Assembly (NCBI GenBank): GCA_951406725.2
Contig: OX597833.1
Span: 9,300,001-9,364,000, forward strand
Direction: 5' to 3'
Source: Octopus vulgaris
Taxonomy: Eukaryota
DNA: 64,000 bases
Shown: piece after piece, positions 56,276 through 64,000 of the stretch
Position numbering within the stretch: the stretch's first letter is position 1
Layout of the letters: each line of letters begins with the position of its first letter
The notes under the pieces: generated by a model
Told to the model about the DNA's origin: nothing
The model's input: the letters and a program-made list of their open reading frames with translations, nothing else
The model's database searches: none
Position numbers and translations under genes: made by a program

Positions 56276-59028
56276 TCTATTAAAATAAAAATACATTTTT
56301 GCAAAAAAGGGTTTCTAAATGAAGTGAAACCATGTTAAAACTGTGGCTGTATTGATACTACTGCTAATGGCAATAGACAAAACTTTTCTGTTGAAATTTA
56401 TATCATTTAAAAGAATAAAAGGATTATCTTTCAATCTATTTATAATTTGAATTGTAATTGATTAAATCTATGGAGTTAATTAAAATTTAGCCATCAATAT
56501 ACTTTCGTCTTTTACTCTTTTGGTTTTCCGGCCAGAGAGACTGTCTATTTAGAGTCCTTTTTTGAAGTGATCTAAATAAATATCTTCCACCAAAATTTCA
56601 TGTTATGTTCCAAACACCAGATTAATTAATGACAAATAATTAAAATTAAGGCAGAAATATGACATCAAAAGTGTCAAAGTAAATGGTGCTACTACACACA
56701 CACAGACACACACACACACTTACACACACACACACACTTACACACACACACACACTTACACACACACACACATACATACATGCATAAACATGCACATACA
56801 TACTTATTCATACACTCACATGCACATATAAAAAGTAGATGCAAGCCTGGTAAGTTTGCTTCCCCCCTACATGGTCTGGGTTCAGTCCCACTGCATGGCA
56901 CCTTGGTGTAATGTTGTGCAATGGCTCCCCTGTTGCAAGTGCAGGGTGAGCATACATGAAAGTGTTGTACGGCTCTGTTTAAAGTAAGACTTAGTGTCCT
57001 GAAATGATAAAAAATGCTTAGAATGAATGGATCAATTCTAAGCATTGATTATAGATTGGAGAATAACTTGGGGGTGATCTTAGATGGATGAGGTTCCTTC
57101 AATGGCCTTTATTGGAGGCTCCCCTGTATATTTGGTAGACGACCAGGAGAGAGAAAGAGGTATGTTGGGATAGAGAGAGGGAAGGCTGTCTCGTTTCTTC
57201 TCCCCTTCATCTATTTCTCTCTTTTTTATTCAATTTTATTCAAGCTCCTCCCTCTTCTACCTCTACATCATAACCTTTTCTTATCTGACATCTCTACGGC
57301 AAGTCAAAACGATTATCATCATCATCATCATCAGCTACAAACCTATAAATATTATATAAAGTGGAGTAAAGTCTGTGAGATGCATAACTTTTATCTATTT
57401 TTGTATTGTTTGTTGAATAATTATTGAAATGTTCACATCCTCCTGTTCCATTTAAATATAGAGACATGCTGTCTTCCTTTTATGTTGGATTAATCTTCAA
57501 CAAATAAATTTAACATACAAACCACACACACACATAAAATACCATAAACATATTCCACATATACATTATGTTTCAATGCCTAATCTGGGATGAAACAATA
57601 AAGAGATGTTTTATGACTTTTTATTAAATTGTATAATTAACAACTGCAAATAATTAACGAAATGTTAACCTATTTATTTCTGATGTATTGATATGAATGT
57701 TTAATGTGGTGTTCAGTCATTTATGAAGGGGATGACAACTTTTAAAAAAAATTAATGAAGGAAGGGACAAATTAATGAAAGATGGGTCAAAGTCTTTTGT
57801 TTTCTGTCATTTTAAGGTTTTCCTTGAAACAATGTGTTTTGACAGAAGAAAGCAGCCAATCCTAATTGCAATCCAAAGAAAGTTGAATGAGAGAGAAATT
57901 CTTATTCAACTTAGTTTTTCACCAAACCTGCCCTTAATGTGACAACAGCACAAGTCAGAAGTGCTTGCATCAGTGATTAAGCTTTTGTGGTTGGTCTATG
58001 TGTACCTCAGACAAGCCCAGTAGATGTTACCTCTGCACCTGTAGAGTTTTATCCCAAACCAGCAGTGGTCCCACTCCCCAGCTGCTGGTCCAGTGTTTAG
58101 GGATAGCGTTGATCAATTATATCAACCCCAATATTTAACTGAAACATTATTTTGTTGACCCAGGTGGGATAAAAGACAAAATTGACTTTGTTGGGATTTG
58201 AACTTGGAATTTAAAGAATCAAGACAAATACCACAAGTCATTTGTCTGCTGCTTGAACTCCTCTGTCAATAATGGCAGAACTCGTAATATGTAATAAATA
58301 TATTCATGTCTTCCAATGTTATTCTTGTTCGACCGAAAGTCTAAATTATAAGGTGTGTACACTTTAAAAGTTTCCTGTTACACACATTTGTTTAGCACTT
58401 CTGAAATCTGTAAAATAAATTGTTCTATTTGAACATGATCAGAGTTAATTGCCTTCTGATTCTATCTGTATAGTGTCATAACTGACAATTGCACACCTCT
58501 GGCTAAGTCATACATACATCTTTGTTCCTGCTAAAAGGCCATAAAGTGAGACAGAAAATGGAAACCTAAGGGAGCAATGAAAGAAACAGACTCATACTGG
58601 AAAAACCAAGAAGCTGTGAAGGAAGCAGAGACATATTAGAAAGACCAGGCAATTACTGAAATAGTCTACAGAGGATAGTTACGACTTGGCTAATAAACAC
58701 CAGCCGCAGTTGTCGCTGCCACCGTTACTACAGCTTCCCATCTAGATTGGTGTGTTGCCTGGAACCCAGACAACTGAAGAAAGCCATGGCAGCTGAAATG
58801 AGCTCAGAATGGTTAGGATTGATAAGAGAGCACAAGTGGAACCTTGTGGCAGATGAAGGCTAGTTCAGTGGTTGCTGCTGCACTCAAGTGGAGCATACAG
58901 GTCAAGGGGCAAAATGCTTGTGACTCTGAGATAGCTGCTGACAATATGAAATGGTTTCGAGTATTGTGATGGATTTAGAAGAGATTTGCAAGACCTCAGA
59001 AACTTCTGCAGTTTCTCCATAGGGAAAG

Positions 59029-59795
59029 CATCATCATCATCATCGTTTAAACGTCTGCTTTCCATGCTAGCATGGGTTGGACGGTTCAACTGGGGTCTGG
59101 GAAGCCAGAAAGCTGCACCAAGCCCAGTCTGATCTGGCAGTGTTTCTACAGCTGGATACCCTTCCTAACGCGAACCACTCCGTGAGTGTAATGGGTGCTT
59201 TTTACGTGCCACCAGCACGGAGGCCAGTCAGGGCAGCGCTGGCTATGGCCACGTTCAGATGGTTCTCTTACGTGCCACCGGCACTGGTATCACAGCTACA
59301 AATTCCATTGATGTTGATCGATTATGATTTTGATTTTCACTTGCCTCAACAGGTCTACACAAGTAGAGTTTTGTGTCCCAAGAAGAAAAGGTATACATAA
59401 GTGGACTGGCTACATCCCAGGTAGAGGCCACGAGTAATGGCCTCACTTGTCCTGCCGGGCCTTCTCACGCACAGCATACTTCCAAAGGTCTTGGTCTCTA
59501 GTCATTTCCTCGGTGAGACCTAAAGTTCGAAGGTCATGCTTCACCACCTCGTCCCAGGTTTTCCTGGGTCTACCTCTTCCACAGGTTCCCTCAACCGCTA
59601 GGGTGTGGCACTTTTTCACACAACTATCTTCATCTATTCTCGCCACATGACCATACCAGCGCAAACGTCTCTCTTGCACACCACAACTGATGCTTCTTAG
59701 GTCCAACTTTTCTCTCAAGGTACTTACACTCTGTCAAGTATGAACGCTGACATTACACATCCATCGGAGCATACTGGCTTCATTTCTTGCAAGCT
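59029..59795 (-). mobile_element. 5'-truncated RTE LINE (C-terminus + 3' UTR)
   Basis: QERRLRWYGHVAR..GRGRPRKTWDEVVKHDL..REKARQDK*; (GAT)n tail. Confidence 0.92.
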
Positions 59796-60801
59796 TTGTT
59801 TATTTCATCTCTAATATACACATACAATATCCTGTCTTCCTATCTTTGACCCAACAAAAGTTTTAAAATGTGACAGAGTGAGGGAGGGCAGCACTAGCCT
59901 TTGGCTGAGACTCATTGTACCTGAATCATCTAGAGTAACATGAACCAAGTACCTTGCTCAAGGACATAATGCATAACCTAATCTAGGAAGCCACAATAGC
60001 TGAACCACTGGGTAATGTGGCTAAACTAGTCTTAGATATTTCTAAAGGTGGTTATAGTTGGAATGTCTTTAATCTGCTCCATGAGGGTTGACCTTTTGCT
60101 AAAGTAGAATAGATTCTACCTAGTCACCTGATCTGCTAGAAATAGCAACCAGATTCGAAGGTCTCCTCTTTCTCTCTCTTTAACAAACTTCTCCTTTCTG
60201 TCGGTTGGTCTATCTGTTGCTCATTCCATCTGTCCTCTCTTGCCTTCTCCCATCACCCAACTTGAAGATCTTGCAGCAAGCATGGCCATATATTTAAGAA
60301 GTTTGCTTTACAACTGTGTGGTTGCAGGTTCACTCCCACTAGTCAGTACCTTGGACAAATGTCTTCTGTCATAGTCTCACTTTGGACAATACATCAGAAG
60401 GATATCAAGTAAAGACCCCGAAGAAACTGGTTTTATAGAAGGGTTTAGTTGAACAAATCAATCGAAACTGATATTTTTGAAGTTTGGCATTTTTTCCATC
60501 AGTCTTTTTTATTGAGCTGCTAAGTTACACATCAACAATGGTTGTCAAGTGGTGCAAGAACAAAGATACACATACGCACAAGCATATGTGCACACACACA
60601 CACACACATATATATGCACAAAAATTTAAGCCTAAAGACCTAACAAACCTTTTCCTTTTCCTTTTTTCACCTGTCAATATTATCTGGTAAAGTCCAAATC
60701 ATTCTGTTGATGTTTGTTATATGGAATGAGGTAAATGCAAGTTCATCTCAAAAATAACAAACTGAAACAGCTGTAAATGTTATCTTAACCACAATTAAAC
60801 T

Positions 60802-60837
<36 letters not shown>

Positions 60838-60977
60838 TATTCCAACAATACACACATATGCACATATGTATGTCTGTTTGTCCTTATGCTACATTTTGTC
60901 TTCCACTATTGCTCTGAGCCACCCAAAGCCTTGTGATTAGATTTGGTAGACAGACAATGAAACAAGAACTTCATATA

Positions 60978-61054
<77 letters not shown>

Positions 61055-61323
61055 AGGTGAGAGAGAGAGAGAGCAAGAAAGAGAGAGAGATAGAGAGGAT
61101 GTGAAATAACATGATAGTTGTAAATGATTGTCCCTGTCATACAAGTGTGTCATTCATTTTCAATATTCTGTGAGAAATGTCTGGCCAAGGAAGGAAATAC
61201 CTTGCTTGGAAACAAGTGAGAGTTGGCAACAGGAAAGGCATCTAGTGGTAGAAAATCTACCTCAATAAACTCTGTCCACCCCATGCAAGCATGGAAAAGT
61301 GGAAGATAAAATGATGATGATGA

Positions 61324-61370
<47 letters not shown>

Positions 61371-61567
61371 CATGCATATACAAATATACATGTTACTATA
61401 AATACATCATGTATGTATGTGTGGGTGTCTGTGTGTACAATTATGCATGGATCTTGATAAACTATGGGTTTGACTGTGCAAAACAGTGACTTGATGTTTA
61501 CATTCCTTGTTAATATTACAATATATATAAATACATACACACACGCATAAATATGTATGTTATATAT

Positions 61568-61692
61568 AGGCAGAGGTGTGGTTGTGTGGTATGAAGTTTG
61601 CTTTCCAGCCATATCATTCTGGGTTTAGCTCCACTGCATAATACGTTGGGCAAGTGTCTTCTACCATAGCTTTTGACAGACTAAAGCCTTGT
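61568..61692 (+). mobile_element. SINE family B head fragment
   Basis: GTGGTTGTGTGGTA..TTGGGCAAGTGTCTTCTA. Confidence 0.7.
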
Positions 61693-61864
61693 ATACGTAC
61701 ATTTATACATACATACACACACACACACACAAATATATATGTATATACACATAGGTAAGTTAAAGGGATCATTAGAAACTTGGTGCATCAACTTGGAGGA
61801 TGCCAAGAGTAGCTGGGTGCCACAACATTGCGTTCACAGTGAGGTAAAAACAACCATTTGATGT

Positions 61865-62509
61865 CATGAATTGGTAGTTTATGCAGGTATGCAATTTCTG
61901 AATGTGGAGGGAACCTGTGGAAGACGTAGACCCAGGAAAACATGGGACCAGGTGGTGAAGCATGATCTTTGAACTTTGAACCTCATGGAGGCAATAACTA
62001 GTGACCGAGACCATTGGCGATATGCTATGCTTGAGAAGACCCATCAAGCCAAATGAAATCATAGTCGTAGGTGATGCTGGTGTCACATAACTGGCACCAG
62101 TGCCGTTGGCATGTAAATAGCACCTTTTGAGCATTGGGCCTCATGGAGGCACGGTGGTCGATGCCAGTGGCATGTGAAAAGCACCTTTTGAGTGTTGAGC
62201 CTCACAGAAACAACCGCAAATGGCCAAGACCTTTGGCATTATGCTATGTTTGAGAAGAAAACCCATCAAGTCAAGTAAAATTGCAGTTGTAGCAGATATT
62301 GGTGTCATGCAAGTGGCACCTGTGCCAGTGGTATGTAGAGGTACCCATTATACTCTTGGAATGGTTGGCATTAGGAAGGACATCCAGCTGTAGAAACCAT
62401 GCCAAATCAGACTGGAGTCTGGTGCAGCCTTCCAGCTTGCCAGCGCTGGTCAAACCATCCAACCCATGCCAGCAGTATGGATAATGGACGTTAAATGATG
62501 ATGATAATG

Positions 62510-62512
<3 letters not shown>
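61865..62512 (+). mobile_element. Degenerate RTE 3' end
   Basis: GTCGRRRPRKTWDQVVKHDL remnant and the shared 3' UTR/(GAT)n tail. Confidence 0.8.
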
Positions 62513-62574
<62 letters not shown>

Positions 62575-62699
62575 AATGTTTATGTATTTATGTATATCAT
62601 CATCATCATTGTTTAATGTCTATCTTCCATGCACGCATGGGTAGAATGGTTGACAGGAGCTGGTAAGATAGAAAAACTACTCTAGCCTACTGTGTAATA

Positions 62700-64000
62700 G
62701 GATGAATATCAAGAGACGATTAAAACTAGTCACAATATTCTCACCAGATATAGGAATGGAGTTTGGGAAAGATAAATGCTCCTACATGGCAGTCAACTGA
62801 GGAAAGATTGTTGACCAGTCAGAGAACATGAATATGAAGTGCTTGTGTATCTCCCTGATTTCTAATGATGAAAGCTACAGATAACTCAGAATCGATGAGA
62901 ATGTTGCATATATTGGTGCTATGACTAAAGCCAAAATAAGAAAAGAGTACTTTTGTAGACTCTGGAAAATATCAGAGCTGGCTGCATTTAACAAAACCAA
63001 ATCTCAAATTGCTTTTGCAGTGCCAGTGTTAGTACCAACATTTGGGATATTGGACTGGACACTTGTTGAGATCTGCAGCCTGCACATCAAAGCTAGAAAG
63101 GTACTGACCACCACTGGCAACTTCCACATTAACAGTGACACCGATAGTATTTTTATGTGAGACAAAGTGATAGCTGTAGAGGCATAGGAGCAGTGTGAAG
63201 ACAGCCTTTGAATGTTGCATTGAATCCCTCAGACGACACCTGTTGAACAATGAAGAAGGAAATGAGTCTATTTCTACTCAAAAGGGAGATCAACAACATC
63301 TTCAGATTTGGAGAAGAATGACTGAGCAGGTACTCCGAGGATACAACTGTCTTGTGTGACCCAAAGGAGGCTGGACTGGCCTACTTAAACAGAAGCTTGG
63401 GGGAGAAGCAGGCATCATACCAGCAAAAAGCAATGGATGGGTACGTGTTCCACGAGAGGGCAACAACAGCATTAACAGGAAGAGTAGCCGCTCCTGGACC
63501 TGTGACAGAGACATTAATTCCCACTTAGAAGGATATGCCTTCACTATACAGGAACAGGAGATAACAACTAAATACCTGATAAAGAAGAGGGGCAGGGATA
63601 CCACCACACCTCCATGTTGTGATGAAAAATGTTGGCCCTGCTATACTAGTATGGAAGATGTCACTCACATTATCAGCAGCTGCCCTGAAATGTCTACAAG
63701 ATACTACCTGTCCTTGAGGCATGAAAGACTATAACCCTGTCTGCAGGAAGGGCTGTTCTGCAGGAAAGGCATGTCAGAACCAACAGGTATTCACACCTTT
63801 AAAAACAAGGAATACTGGTGGAACACCCTGATAAAAACATTAATTTGGTGCAAACATAACAGACCTGATATTTTTCTGTGGGACTGAGAACAAGAGTGCA
63901 AGTTCTGCACTCTTGTTGAGGTCAGCAGATGTGAATGTACAATCAAAAGTCCAGGAAAAAGAGAACATTTATGGCAAATAAATGCAGAACTTACAGCTCT
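62700..64000 (+). mobile_element. Degenerate R4/Dong-clade non-LTR retrotransposon (RT end, CCHC knuckle, RLE), runs off the window
   Basis: DIGMEFGKDKC, FAVPVLVPTFGILDW, IQEQEITTKYL, EDVTHIISSCP..YLSLRH, HNRPDI (PD..D/E-xK RLE). Confidence 0.88.

Noticed and set aside
58765-58815. CTGAAGA-A-AGC..GCT-GAAA, hammerhead-like
   Set aside because: Stem III/UH site and stem I do not form; at best a heavily decayed remnant.

Overview
Eukaryotic, AT-rich DNA saturated with microsatellites. The repeat repertoire (tRNA-derived SINEs, RTE LINEs with (GAT)n tails, Helitron, Tc1/mariner) resembles what I recall of octopus/coleoid cephalopod genomes; this is an inference, not a database result. Most listed ORFs are microsatellite or antisense artefacts. 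One host gene is well supported. It lies on the minus strand with at least three exons (45351-44864, 42835-42685, 41492-39478) and phase-consistent GT-AG junctions. It encodes two tandem divergent BTB/POZ domains followed by 8 C2H2-type zinc fingers; its start exon is not securely located. The rest is mostly transposon-derived. There is a nearly intact RTE LINE (one frameshift, with a PHD-like finger inside the RT region) and decayed RTE, Tx1/L1, R4/Dong, CR1-like, Gypsy, Helitron, hAT and Tc1/mariner copies, plus about 25 SINE copies. The most interesting non-coding signals are: an intact minimal type-I hammerhead ribozyme (33029-33124) whose flanking inverted duplication ends exactly at the predicted cleavage site; further decayed hammerheads; a candidate HDV-like ribozyme; an intronic 30-bp minisatellite carrying six perfect ROR/Rev-erb elements; a SINE sharing its tail with a Tx1 LINE; and apparent partitioning of retroelement families among different microsatellite targets.
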